Positions 19,901 to 29,921 of a stretch of 32,000 nt of DNA are shown here, one piece after another. The stretch is from Escherichia coli (lineage in GTDB: Bacteria > Pseudomonadota > Gammaproteobacteria > Enterobacterales > Enterobacteriaceae): the NCBI RefSeq assembly GCF_045037575.1, contig NZ_CP173484.1. One strand, 5' to 3'. Within the stretch, counting starts at the first letter, position 1, and every line of letters begins with the position of its first letter. The notes under the pieces are model-generated. The model worked only from the letters and a program-made list of their open reading frames with translations, searched no databases and was not told the DNA's origin. Made by a program: the position numbers and the translations under genes.

Positions 19901-20264
19901 AAATGCAGAAATGGCGCTTAGCTCCGCAATCGGAGAGCAGGTGGCAAAGATTGCTGGTGCTGTGTGGATTCATAACCTTCATTCTACTGGTGAAGAGAAA
20001 ATGGCAATTCAGACGCCAGAGGGACGCACCATTACTACATCTCTGAAGCCGTCAGATGTTTGTGATCTGATTTGCGCATTCATGTACCCAGCAATGAGGA
20101 CTGTCCACGGCGATAAGTGGAAACTTGCGACAACCGCTGAATTTGATATGTGGCTAAACAATGATGGCATGCTGACTGATTACGGAATAACCAAGTGGCA
20201 GATGCTGGTTAGCCATATCGCAAACGCTATAGACCACGTGGGGTACGGTGATGCGAAACATTGA
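19893..20264 (+). CDS. Hypothetical protein
   Basis: 123 aa, overlapping neighbours. Confidence 0.6.
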   Translation: MRENAEMALSSAIGEQVAKIAGAVWIHNLHSTGEEKMAIQTPEGRTITTSLKPSDVCDLICAFMYPAMRTVHGDKWKLATTAEFDMWLNNDGMLTDYGITKWQMLVSHIANAIDHVGYGDAKH

Positions 20265-23007
20265 TCTTATCCGTCAGGTTATCAGTGCGTCTGAAAACAA
20301 CTGGCCTCATGTGCTGGGCTGCCTGAACATAAATGTCCCTGACTCTCCGCGCCGTCATGCTCCCTGCCCTGCATGTGGGGGCAAAGATCGATTCCGGTTC
20401 GATGACAACGGGCGCGGTAGCTTCATCTGTAATCAGTGCGGCGCTGGTGATGGGCTGGATTTAATTAAACGCGTAAATAACTGCGACACAACAGAGGCGG
20501 CGCTTCTTGCCGCTGATGTTCTGGGTATTGATTACCGGACAACGGAAACACCAGAAGCCACCAGCCAGAAACGGGAACAACTGGAAACCGAGCGCCAGCG
20601 ACGCGAACAGGAGCGCCTGAAAAGGGCAGAGAAGGACGAACAACAAAGACGGGATACGTTTTCCCGTCAGTTTGATGACATGCGCAGAAAGGCTGTAAAC
20701 GGCAAATCTGATTATCTGGTTGCGAAAGGGGTAGGTGATTTTACATTCCCCGTGTTGCCCGATGGATCTCTGTTGCTGGCGCTGGTGGATAAATCCGGCG
20801 CAGTCACAGCAGCACAGACTATTACATCACATGGTGAAAAAAGACTCCTGACAGGTTCAGCAAAGCGGGGGGCATATCACGCCATAAACGCGCCAGAAAC
20901 AACACAGAGCATCTTAATCGCAGAAGGGCTGGCAACGGCATTATCTGCCCATTTAATTCGTCCAGAGGCGCTGACAGTGGCGGCGATTGATGCCGGGAAC
21001 CTGTTATATGTCGCCCAGGTACTGCGGGATAAATTTCCTTCAGCACAAATCATCATTGCTGCGGATAACGACCACAGCGAAGGAAGACAAAACACGGGGA
21101 GAATAGCAGCAGAAAAAGCAGCTTTATCTGTTTCTGGATGGGTGGCATTACCCCCGACAGATCACAAAGCAGACTGGAATGATTACCACCAAAAACACGG
21201 CATTAAATGCGCCACAGAAGCGTTCAATAAGTCAATGTACCAACCACAGGGTAATGGCGTGAAACAGGAGCCACAGACCATTGAGGGAAGCGATTTTAAG
21301 GTTATGGATACCGACCCACTGAAACCAAGAATAGAAAGCCGCGAGGATGGTATTTATTGGGTATCTCCGAGAGCTGACAGCCAGAGTGGAGAAATCATCA
21401 ATAACGAAAGCTGGTTATGTTCTCCGTTAAGCGTTATCGGTACTGGCAGAGACGATAAAGACCAGTATCTCATTCTTCGCTGGCTGTCGTTTGGTTCTGA
21501 AACGCCGACAACCGCTGCCATTCCACTGGCTGATATTGGTGAACGTGAAGGATGGCGCACACTTAAAGCTGGTGGGGTAAATGTCACGACCAAAAGCAGC
21601 CTCAGAGCAATACTGGCAGACTGGCTACAACGCAGTGGCTCTCGTGAATTGTGGCGTGTTGCTCATGCCACTGGCTGGCAATGCGGAGCGTACATCATGC
21701 CTGATGGGGAAATCATCGGAACACCTGAAAATCCTGTGCTGTTCAGCGGGAGAAGCTCAGCCGCAGCCGGATATACCGTCTCAGGGAGCGCGAAAAGCTG
21801 GCGTGATAACGTGGCGCGTCTGGCCTTTGGTAACTATTCAATGATGACCGGGATCGGCGCAGCACTGGCAGCGCCATTGATTGGGCTGGTGGGCGCTGAC
21901 GGGTTCGGCATTCATTTCTATGAGCAGTCGAGCGCAGGTAAGACCACCACGGCAAACGTGGCGAGCAGCTTATACGGCAACCCTGATTTACTGCGGCTGA
22001 CGTGGTACGGAACCGCGCTGGGGCTGGCAAATGAGGCCGCCGCCCACAATGACGGACTAATGCCGCTTGATGAAGTTGGTCAGGGCGCTGATCCTGTCAG
22101 CGTTTCACAGTCTGCCTATGCGTTATTTAACGGTGTAGGGAAACTGCAAGGCGCTAAAGATGGTGGAAACCGGGATCTAAAACGCTGGCGTACAGTGGCA
22201 ATCAGCACCGGAGAAATGGATTTAGAAACATTTATCGCTACTTCCGGGCGAAAAACCAAAGCCGGGCAACTGGTGCGACTGCTGAATATTCCGTTGAGTA
22301 AAGCAGTACGCTTTCACGATTACCAGAACGGAAAACAGCACGCAGACGCACTGAAAGACGCTTACCAGCATCACCACGGCGCAGCCGGGCGTGAGTGGAT
22401 TAAATGGCTGGCAGACCACCAGCAACAGGCTATTAAAACCGTTCGTGATTGCGAAAGCAGATGGAGAAACCTGATCCCATCCGATTATGGTGAGCAGGTT
22501 CACCGTGTAGCCGCGCGATTTGCCATTCTGGAGGCCGCATTGCTGTTAGGCGAGGTTGTAACAGGCTGGGATGCTCAGACATGCCGTGATGCGATACAGC
22601 ACAGCTATAACGCATGGTTGCGCGAGTTCGGCACAGGTAACAAAGAACATCAGCAGATTATTGAACAAACGGAGGCATTTCTTAATGCCTATGGGCTTAG
22701 CCGTTTTGCACCATTTCCATACAGCCCGGCAGATTTGCCCATCAAAGATTTAGCCGGATACCGTCAGCGTGGAGAACATGACGAAAGCCCAATGATTTTC
22801 TATACATTCCCGGCCACATTTGAAAAGGAGATCGCATGTGGTTTCAACGCAAAACAGTTTGCTGAAGTGTTGAAAAAAGCCGGGATGCTAACCCCACCAA
22901 ACAGCGGTCGTGGATACCAAAGAAAATCACCACGTATTCAGGGACGACAAATAAACGTTTATGTACTCAATTACCAGCCAGGAGATTATAACTCATCTGA
23001 AGAATGA
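20248..23007 (+). CDS. P4 alpha-like primase-helicase (zinc ribbon, TOPRIM, DUF927 helicase-like)
   Basis: 919 aa; Zn motif CPACGGKDRFRFDDNGRGSFICNQCG; TOPRIM ILIAEGLATAL and IIIAADND; Walker A EQSSAGKTTTANVASSLYGNP. Confidence 0.9.
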   Translation: MMRNIDLIRQVISASENNWPHVLGCLNINVPDSPRRHAPCPACGGKDRFRFDDNGRGSFICNQCGAGDGLDLIKRVNNCDTTEAALLAADVLGIDYRTTETPEATSQKREQLETERQRREQERLKRAEKDEQQRRDTFSRQFDDMRRKAVNGKSDYLVAKGVGDFTFPVLPDGSLLLALVDKSGAVTAAQTITSHGEKRLLTGSAKRGAYHAINAPETTQSILIAEGLATALSAHLIRPEALTVAAIDAGNLLYVAQVLRDKFPSAQIIIAADNDHSEGRQNTGRIAAEKAALSVSGWVALPPTDHKADWNDYHQKHGIKCATEAFNKSMYQPQGNGVKQEPQTIEGSDFKVMDTDPLKPRIESREDGIYWVSPRADSQSGEIINNESWLCSPLSVIGTGRDDKDQYLILRWLSFGSETPTTAAIPLADIGEREGWRTLKAGGVNVTTKSSLRAILADWLQRSGSRELWRVAHATGWQCGAYIMPDGEIIGTPENPVLFSGRSSAAAGYTVSGSAKSWRDNVARLAFGNYSMMTGIGAALAAPLIGLVGADGFGIHFYEQSSAGKTTTANVASSLYGNPDLLRLTWYGTALGLANEAAAHNDGLMPLDEVGQGADPVSVSQSAYALFNGVGKLQGAKDGGNRDLKRWRTVAISTGEMDLETFIATSGRKTKAGQLVRLLNIPLSKAVRFHDYQNGKQHADALKDAYQHHHGAAGREWIKWLADHQQQAIKTVRDCESRWRNLIPSDYGEQVHRVAARFAILEAALLLGEVVTGWDAQTCRDAIQHSYNAWLREFGTGNKEHQQIIEQTEAFLNAYGLSRFAPFPYSPADLPIKDLAGYRQRGEHDESPMIFYTFPATFEKEIACGFNAKQFAEVLKKAGMLTPPNSGRGYQRKSPRIQGRQINVYVLNYQPGDYNSSEE

Positions 23008-23025
23008 GCTTCTTCATGTGCGTAG

Positions 23026-23142
23026 AAAAGGTGTTGGTTCAGTTGGTTCAGTTGGTTCAATTTGTAAAGGGTATTGTTTTATAAGGATTTTATTCTTTTT
23101 ATTGAACCAACACTGAACCAACAACACGGTATTTTGAACCAA
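23026..23142. repeat. Iteron cluster 1 (candidate replication origin): 3 x TTGGTTCA, AT-rich spacer, 3 x TGAACCAA
   Basis: TTGGTTCA at 23034, 23043, 23052 (9-bp period); TGAACCAA at 23103, 23114, 23135; 19 bp after the primase stop. Confidence 0.75.
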
Positions 23143-23465
23143 CACAATGTGACTGAATTGATGCGCACAACACCTGGCTGGCATCAGAGAGTGTTTTACG
23201 AGACTTTCGTAAAATCCTGTGTACAAGGGCGTGACGTTTTTGAAAGTGAGCACTACGAAATTTTCGTAGTTCAAAAAACAGCCTCTAAGAAGTTGTTATG
23301 CCTGTTCAGCAAACCATCCGCATAGCTGATCGCGAATCAAATTACCAATGGAGCCAGAAGCAAGGGCAGAACTGAAAAGCGCCTGCCGTGAAGAGTAATG
23401 CGACACCATAAATATAGTTTTTAGAGTCCATAAAAAACCTGTCAAAACCTGACACACAGAACGAC

Positions 23466-23497
23466 GCCACCAGCTACTGAGCGGTGGCATTTTTTTG
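23466..23497 (+). terminator. Rho-independent terminator
   Basis: GCCACC-A-GCT-ACTG-AGC-GGTGGC followed by ATTTTTTT. Confidence 0.85.
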
Positions 23498-23591
23498 TGC
23501 TATTTGTTTCATATTCTGCAATTACGATGATGAATATTGCGATTTGTGAAACTATAATAACTGTTGTTTTATACAGTTATAAGGGGGCGTT

Positions 23592-23753
23592 ATGGCTATT
23601 TCAGTAAAGCCGGTATTGATAAGTGAGAAGCAAATGGAAGCGATAAAGAAAATTCAGGAAGAGCAGCGTAAAAAATCAGGAATTGGAGTAGCGCCAACTC
23701 TGCATGAAATTGCACGAGGGTTAATAGATAAGGCGCTGGCAGGCTGTATGTGA
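23592..23753 (+). CDS. Small (53 aa) basic protein, possible DNA-binding regulator
   Basis: ATG after GGGGGCGTT; MAISVKPVLISEKQMEAIKKIQEEQRKKSGIGVAPTLHEIARGLIDKALAGCM; read manually, below the ORF-track cutoff. Confidence 0.55.
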   Translation: MAISVKPVLISEKQMEAIKKIQEEQRKKSGIGVAPTLHEIARGLIDKALAGCM

Positions 23754-23769
23754 AAATGGATGGCATCGC

Positions 23770-24231
23770 ATGGAACTAAAATTTATTGATAACCCTGTGC
23801 GATTACAGGCCTTTCTTAACGAGCCAGGCAATACCGAAAATATTGTTGAGCCGGGGCACACGTACTACATCAAGCCTGATGCGGTATATCTCGGCATCTA
23901 CGAAGGATTAGTGCTGGCTGGCGTTCATGAAGTGCGTAACTTCTGGCATAGCGTTGTTGAATGCCATGCGGTGTACGACCCCGGATTCCGTGGTGAATAT
24001 GCACTGCAAGGGCATCGATTATTCTGCAAATGGCTTCTCGAAAACTCACCATTCCTTAACAGCATCACTATGGTTCCTGACACCACGAAATATGGACGGG
24101 CAATTATCCGTTTGCTTGGCGCTACCCGTGTTGGTCACCTTGATGATGCTTATATCAGATGTGGTAAACCCGTCGGCGTAACGCTTTATCAGTTAACTCG
24201 GCAACAATATAAGGAATTCAGCGAATGTTAA
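23770..24231 (+). CDS. P22 gp14-like head assembly/particle protein
   Basis: 153 aa; MELKFIDNPVRLQAFLNEPGNTENIVEPG...; same position relative to gp7/gp20/gp16 as in P22. Confidence 0.8.
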   Translation: MELKFIDNPVRLQAFLNEPGNTENIVEPGHTYYIKPDAVYLGIYEGLVLAGVHEVRNFWHSVVECHAVYDPGFRGEYALQGHRLFCKWLLENSPFLNSITMVPDTTKYGRAIIRLLGATRVGHLDDAYIRCGKPVGVTLYQLTRQQYKEFSEC

Positions 24232-24902
24232 TTACCCATATAGCTCATAAACATCTCAATCGTGCCGTATACGAAAAAGGCGGTGATGGTGGTGCCTCTA
24301 AAGCTCAGGCGAAGGCCCAGCAGCAGGCAATTGATTTGCAGCGCGAGCAGTGGAATACGGTGATGAATAATCTCAAGCCGTATGCAGAAGTCGGATTGCC
24401 TGCTTTACAACAACTGCAAGGACTGATGACTCTGGAAGGGCAGAATAAAGCCGCGAATGATTTCTTTGGTTCTGGTTTATATAAAACACAGGCAGATCAG
24501 GCCCGTTATCAGAACCTTGTCTCAGCAGAAGCTACCGGGGGGCTTGGCTCAACAGCTACCAGTAACCAGTTATCTTCCATTGCGCCCATGCTTTATAACA
24601 ATTGGCTCAGTGGGCAAATGCAAAATTATGGAAACCTGCTAAATGTCGGGATGAATGCGGCATCAGGGCAGGCAACAGCAGGGCAAAACTACGCCAATAA
24701 TACCGGGCAACTCTTGCAGGGGCTTGGCGCTATTCGTGCAGGTCAGGCGCAGCAGCCATCCAGTCTTGCGCGTGGTATTGGTGGGGCGGCATCAGGCGCT
24801 TTAGCGGGTGCGCAACTTGGTTCCGTTGTTCCGGGTATAGGTAATGTCGCCGGGGCTATTGGTGGTGGGCTTATTGGTCTTGTTGGGGGGCTTGGATTCT
24901 AA
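24225..24902 (+). CDS. P22 gp7-like DNA ejection (transfer) protein
   Basis: 225 aa; KAQQQAIDLQREQWNTVMNNLKPYAEVGLPALQQLQG and Gly/Ala-rich C-terminus; synteny 14-7-20-16. Confidence 0.85.
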   Translation: MLITHIAHKHLNRAVYEKGGDGGASKAQAKAQQQAIDLQREQWNTVMNNLKPYAEVGLPALQQLQGLMTLEGQNKAANDFFGSGLYKTQADQARYQNLVSAEATGGLGSTATSNQLSSIAPMLYNNWLSGQMQNYGNLLNVGMNAASGQATAGQNYANNTGQLLQGLGAIRAGQAQQPSSLARGIGGAASGALAGAQLGSVVPGIGNVAGAIGGGLIGLVGGLGF

Positions 24903-26323
24903 TGGCGACATGGCAACTTGGCGGGCTGCCTAGCATGGCACCGCAAAATGATAATGCTCCTCGTTCTTCCGTTCCTCAGCCTGTGCAGTATCAGCAGCAC
25001 CCAAACGTAGGTTTAATGGCGCTACAGGGGCTAAGAGGCGTTGCTGAGATTAATCAGCAGGCACGTCAACAACAGCGTAAAGCAGAGTTTCAGAAAGCAT
25101 ATGCCGGGGCTTTTGAGTCTGGAGACAGAAACAAAATGCGCAGTCTTATTTCTGAGTATCCAGAAGAATTTGAAAGCGTTCAGAAAGGGATGGGCTTTAT
25201 TGATGACGACCAGAGAAATTCTATTGGTCATCTTGCGACTAGTGCTCAAATCGCATCTTCGCTCGGAACTGGGGCATTTGGAAAATTCATAGCAGATAAC
25301 GAAGATGAAATGCGTCGCTTGGGAATTTCTCCTGAGTCTGTTGCCGAAATGCATGTTAATGATCCACAGGGATTCCAGCGGCTTGCTGGTAGTATGGCCC
25401 TGTTTTCTCTCGGTCATGAGAAGTATTTCGATATCAAAGATCAAATGGAAGGTCGGGATATTGAGCGTGGCAAGTTGGCAGAGACAATCCGCAGCAATCA
25501 GGCTGGCGAAGCACTTCAGGCGAGAGGGCAGGATATTAGCCGAGCAAATGCGTTAACGTCAGCATATGCACCAACAGCAGCAATGCAGAATTACAATCAG
25601 TACGCTCAAATGTTAAAGGCGGATCCAGAGGGGGCGGCGGCATTTGCGGCAGCGGCTGGAATTAATACAAACGCCAAAAAATTAATGAGTGTTAGAGAAA
25701 ACGATGATGGCACTGTCACAAAATACTACACAGACGGAAGTGAAGAGCAGGGAAAACTAAACCAGCCAATATCTGGAGATGGGTTTCGTCCAATAGCTTT
25801 GCCAACAGCCCAAAAGATCATGGAAAAGTCGCCAGAAGGGGCTAAAAAAGCTGCTGGATTTGCATACAGGGTTAGGGATGCTCTTGATTCAATAGATACA
25901 CTGAAAGACCAGCTTAGCCCACAGCGAGTGGCGATCATTAATAATGCTTTGGGTAATGGGACGCTGGCTAACTTAACGCTCAGCCCAACAGAGCAGCAAT
26001 ACGTTGTTAATGCTAATGACGCAATAATGGCAATACTCCGTCAGGAAACAGGGGCAGCTATCGCACCTGCTGAAATGTCAAAATATTATCAAATGTATTT
26101 CCCTCAGCCTGGCGACTCCACAAAAACCATTGATACCAAGCGCCGGAAGATGGAAAACCAGTTCAATTCGCTGAAAGCTGCTTCTGGTCGAGCTTATGAT
26201 GCTTTGCGGGTTATTTCAGCAGTTGACAGAGGAACTTCTTCTTCGTCGCAGACATTGCCGCAATCTGAGCAGGTATCACAGCCAGCAGCCAGCAGTAACT
26301 TTTCTTCACTATGGGGTGATTAA
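24902..26323 (+). CDS. P22 gp20-like DNA ejection (transfer) protein
   Basis: 473 aa; N-terminus with GLRGVAEINQQARQQQRK; synteny and length match P22 gene 20. Confidence 0.85.
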   Translation: MATWQLGGLPSMAPQNDNAPRSSVPQPVQYQQHPNVGLMALQGLRGVAEINQQARQQQRKAEFQKAYAGAFESGDRNKMRSLISEYPEEFESVQKGMGFIDDDQRNSIGHLATSAQIASSLGTGAFGKFIADNEDEMRRLGISPESVAEMHVNDPQGFQRLAGSMALFSLGHEKYFDIKDQMEGRDIERGKLAETIRSNQAGEALQARGQDISRANALTSAYAPTAAMQNYNQYAQMLKADPEGAAAFAAAAGINTNAKKLMSVRENDDGTVTKYYTDGSEEQGKLNQPISGDGFRPIALPTAQKIMEKSPEGAKKAAGFAYRVRDALDSIDTLKDQLSPQRVAIINNALGNGTLANLTLSPTEQQYVVNANDAIMAILRQETGAAIAPAEMSKYYQMYFPQPGDSTKTIDTKRRKMENQFNSLKAASGRAYDALRVISAVDRGTSSSSQTLPQSEQVSQPAASSNFSSLWGD

Positions 26324-28428
26324 TGGCTAAAGCATGGAAAGATGTTATCGCCTCTCCACAGTATCAGGCGTTAGCACCAGAACAAAAAGCGCAGGCTCAG
26401 GAGCAATACTTCAATGAAGTCGTTGCCCCGCAAGCCGGAGAAAGTGTAGAGCAGGCTAAGCAGGCTTTTTATGCTGCCTATCCACTACCATCAACTAATG
26501 AAATAGACCGATCCCAATCAGCAACTCAAAATATTCAACATACATCATCTGGTAATTCTCTTGCGTCAGGGTATGCAAAGTTAGCTACTCAGCAAAGAGA
26601 GGGGCTTGAGCGTTCAGCAGAACAGGGAGCCAGTCTTGGGGCTGCTATGCGCGATGCTATAACAGGCGAAAGCCGAATGACTCCAGAGATGGAGAGACTG
26701 CAAAATGTCGACCTTGCCCCAGAGTTAACCTCACTCAGCATGGATGCTCTAAAAGCTCGATGGTCTCAACTTTTCGGCTCTGACGCATCTCAGGAAAAGA
26801 TTCTTCAGAGCATGGGAGCGAAATTAAGGCAGGATGAGAAGGGTAACACTATCGTTTCCCTGCCATCCGGTGATTATGCTCTGAACAAGCCGGGTTTATC
26901 GCCGCAAGACGTGGCATCGTTTCTGGCTAATGCGCTGGCGTTTACACCAGCGGGCAGGGCTGGAACGGTGCTTGGTGCCATAGGAAAATCAGCAGCTACA
27001 GATTTAGCACTACAGGGAGCCACCAGCCTTGCTGGTGGAGAAGATATTGATCCGTTACAAACGGTAATTTCTGCTGGCATTGGTGGTATTGGTAAGGGGC
27101 TGGAAAATACAGCGAGTGCGGTTTCGAGGGCTGTTCGTGGTGATATGTCGCCTGAAGCAAAGGCTGCTGTCAACTTTGCATCGGAAAGAAATCTGCCGTT
27201 AATGACCAGTGACATGCTGAAAGATAAAACCTTTATGCAGAGTCAGGCTCAGACATTAGGCGAAAGAGTTCCTTTTTTTGGAACCGGTAAGAATCGGCTG
27301 AATCAACAACAAGCACGAGAAAATTTAGTCAGAACATTTAGCGATGGTCTGGGTGGCATTTCTGATAAACAGCTTTATGAATCTGCGACTAAAGGGCAAC
27401 AAAAATTCATTGAGGCAGCAGGAAAGCGATATAACCGCATAATTGACGCTATGGGGGATACCCCTGTCGATCTCTCAAACACGGTAAAAGCTATCGACAA
27501 TCAGATTGCCGTGTTAAGCCGCCCGGGCAAATCTCAGGATAGAGCCGCGGTAAAAGTCTTGCAGCAATTTAAAGACGATATCACCAGCGGACCAAATGAC
27601 CTGCGTCTGGCGAGGGAAAACAGAACCGATCTTCGAAAGCGATTTATGGCGTCATCTGACACTGTTGATAAAGATACGCTCCAGAAAGCCAGCGATATTA
27701 TCTACAAGGCATATACTGCGGATATGAAAAAAGCCGTAGCCAAAAATCTTGGAGCAGACGAAGCCATTAATATGGCAAGGGTTGATCGCTCATGGTCTAA
27801 ATTCAATGACATGATGGGAAGAACGCGCGTTCAAAAGGCAATAGCCAGCGGCAAGGCCACGCCTGAGGATGTAACAAAACTCGTTTTTAGCCAAAGCCCA
27901 TCAGAACGTTCTCAGCTTTACAGGCTTCTGGATGACAATGGTAGGCAAAACGCACGAGCAGCCATAGTTCAGAATGCTGTAGATAAGGCGACTGATCCGT
28001 CTGGAAATATCAGTGTTGAGAAGTTTATTAATGCGTTACACCGGAACAGGAAGCAATCAGCAACTTTCTTTAAAGGCGTACATGGAAAGGAACTGGACGG
28101 CGTTATTAAATACCTCAACGATACAAGACACGCGGCAAAAGCGAACGTTCAAAACTTAAATGGTCAGCAGCTTTATGGATTGTTAGTTGGTGGTGGCATC
28201 ATAAACGCAGCAGTATTAGCGGGGATGCTAAAAACGGCTGCGTTTGTTGTTCCTGCTGCTGGTGCCGTAGGCGGAGCAGCGAAGGCATACGAAAGCCCTG
28301 TTATACGAAATGCCTTGTTACGTCTGGCAAATACGCCAAAAGGTAGCACAGCATATGACAGAGCGATCAGTACGGTCACACAATCACTGACCACAGCAGC
28401 ACAAGCATCGCAAAAGGAAGCTCAATAA
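26323..28428 (+). CDS. P22 gp16-like DNA ejection (transfer) protein
   Basis: 701 aa intact ORF; MAKAWKDVIASPQYQALAPEQKAQAQEQYFNEVVAPQAG; Gly/Ala-rich hydrophobic segments near the C-terminus; synteny. Confidence 0.85.
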   Translation: MAKAWKDVIASPQYQALAPEQKAQAQEQYFNEVVAPQAGESVEQAKQAFYAAYPLPSTNEIDRSQSATQNIQHTSSGNSLASGYAKLATQQREGLERSAEQGASLGAAMRDAITGESRMTPEMERLQNVDLAPELTSLSMDALKARWSQLFGSDASQEKILQSMGAKLRQDEKGNTIVSLPSGDYALNKPGLSPQDVASFLANALAFTPAGRAGTVLGAIGKSAATDLALQGATSLAGGEDIDPLQTVISAGIGGIGKGLENTASAVSRAVRGDMSPEAKAAVNFASERNLPLMTSDMLKDKTFMQSQAQTLGERVPFFGTGKNRLNQQQARENLVRTFSDGLGGISDKQLYESATKGQQKFIEAAGKRYNRIIDAMGDTPVDLSNTVKAIDNQIAVLSRPGKSQDRAAVKVLQQFKDDITSGPNDLRLARENRTDLRKRFMASSDTVDKDTLQKASDIIYKAYTADMKKAVAKNLGADEAINMARVDRSWSKFNDMMGRTRVQKAIASGKATPEDVTKLVFSQSPSERSQLYRLLDDNGRQNARAAIVQNAVDKATDPSGNISVEKFINALHRNRKQSATFFKGVHGKELDGVIKYLNDTRHAAKANVQNLNGQQLYGLLVGGGIINAAVLAGMLKTAAFVVPAAGAVGGAAKAYESPVIRNALLRLANTPKGSTAYDRAISTVTQSLTTAAQASQKEAQ

Positions 28429-28489
28429 CAGATGACCATGGATGGTTGGTTATAATAGTAATTAGTATTTTTTCAAATAGTTATGAACA

Positions 28490-28888
28490 TTAACACTTGC
28501 CTTTAACATTGCCGACAAATGAGCCTGTAAATGAGCCTATATCAGATCGACTAATTGTTCGTGTATGGATCACTTTTCCGTCATTTGAGATTGCCCATGT
28601 GACAAGCGTCAGTTGACCATCTCGATAGCTTCTTCCCATCATGGCATTCGGAGATAGCGGGTAATAATCAATACCTCCACCTATACCATCTTTTGCCAAG
28701 ATAAGATCCGCCTTCTCTTTACTTATTACCAAATGAAATGTATCTGGTATAGATGATAACTTATAGTTATACCCATCTGAACTTGAGGCTTCTTGTCCTT
28801 TCAGATCACCAATAATCCAGCATTCAGCGTTCGCTCCAAAAGAAGCAAATAATAAACCGGAGACAACCAATCGCTTCAATTGATTCAC
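28490..28888 (-). CDS. Small secreted protein, unknown function
   Basis: GTG start at 28888 behind GGGAGGG; MNQLKRLVVSGLLFASFGANA signal peptide followed by ECWIIGD. Confidence 0.65.
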   Translation of the reverse strand: MNQLKRLVVSGLLFASFGANAECWIIGDLKGQEASSSDGYNYKLSSIPDTFHLVISKEKADLILAKDGIGGGIDYYPLSPNAMMGRSYRDGQLTLVTWAISNDGKVIHTRTISRSDIGSFTGSFVGNVKGKC

Positions 28889-28907
28889 ACCAACCCTCCC
28901 TTTAGCG

Positions 28908-29288
28908 TTGTTTAGAATGGCAATCATCATATATCCAAGACATGGCATTTGGTACATAGCTTGGGTCGGGATTTCAAATCCGATCCCCGTTGATGGGGCC
29001 GTTACAGTACGCGCATATCCGCTTTATGTGAAACAGGAAGATTTTTCTGATATCACTGCCACAGCAAAACACCAATTTCGAGACAAGTACGCGCGCGAGG
29101 GGTATCAGTTGCAAAAAATTTTGCAACTACGTCCGACCAGTATGCACACGATGGCGGGGGGATACCATAAAACTGTTCTCTACATGAGACAGAGTGGTGG
29201 TGATGTGTTGATTATCGGCGTATATGCGCACAGGACGCGCTATGACGATGTTTTATGCGGGTACACCAATCACATGTATCTGGTGTGA
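28908..29288 (+). CDS. Hypothetical protein, start uncertain
   Basis: 126 aa ORF on the opposite strand to its left neighbour; contains one GACAAGTACGCGCGCG motif in frame (RDKYAR). Confidence 0.4.
   Translation: MFRMAIIIYPRHGIWYIAWVGISNPIPVDGAVTVRAYPLYVKQEDFSDITATAKHQFRDKYAREGYQLQKILQLRPTSMHTMAGGYHKTVLYMRQSGGDVLIIGVYAHRTRYDDVLCGYTNHMYLV
29076..29097 (+). repeat. Motif copy A: TTTCGAGACAAGTACGCGCGCG
   Basis: Direct match to copies at 29364 and 31107. Confidence 0.7.
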
Positions 29289-29357
29289 TAAATCGCGTTA
29301 CATGACCTCTCATGTTGTACTGGTGGTTATCACGACGTTCTGAATCTGGCCTTTGCC

Positions 29358-29389
29358 TGGTATTTTGCGACAAGTACGCGCGCGTAGCA
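29358..29389 (+). repeat. Motif copy B: CTGGTATTTTGCGACAAGTACGCGCGCGTAGCA
   Basis: Shares CTGGTATTT-GACAAGTACGCGCGCG-TAGCA with copy C. Confidence 0.75.
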
Positions 29390-29921
29390 TCGAAATAATC
29401 GGATGGCGTATGCTGCTGGTAATATGAAGACCGATAGCATTAACCGTAAGGAGAAAGACTTCTCGATAACGGCAAGGGGGCTGAATTGCGAGGCGAGATT
29501 AAGCAACTGTCTTGAACGTAAAAATCATGGAGCAACATGATGGTACGATTCATTCCATTCTTCGTTCTTTCTGAGCATTGCGTTCAGGCTTAGTCAAAAT
29601 TAGTGTTGCGAGCGGACCTATTAGTAATTGTTGGTGCGATGCGTCTGTTATGGATTGTTATGGTTGTGGCAGGCCTGATTAATATCCAGTATGACCACCA
29701 GCTATGAGAGGCCACCTCAGTGGTTCGCAGTTGCAGGTTTGCACTCAGGTTCGCAGGGTTTTGGCTACTTTCACGTGCGAACCTGCAGAATTGCAAAGGA
29801 CAACTAAGTCCTCTGGCCAACTCCCGGTTTATGAGCGACACAGTCCGCCTGGCGCATCGTTTTCGTCGAGTGCGCCCATCAGCTTGTCCATGGACTATCC
29901 ACCACTCGATATTAAAGCTAA

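Noticed and set aside
23155-23325. 83-aa ORF overlapping iterons and hairpins (TTTTACGAGACTTTCGTAAAA, ACTACGAAATTTTCGTAGT)
   Set aside because: The listed start lies inside the AT-rich origin-like spacer; coding potential is uncertain and the palindromes suggest regulatory sequence.
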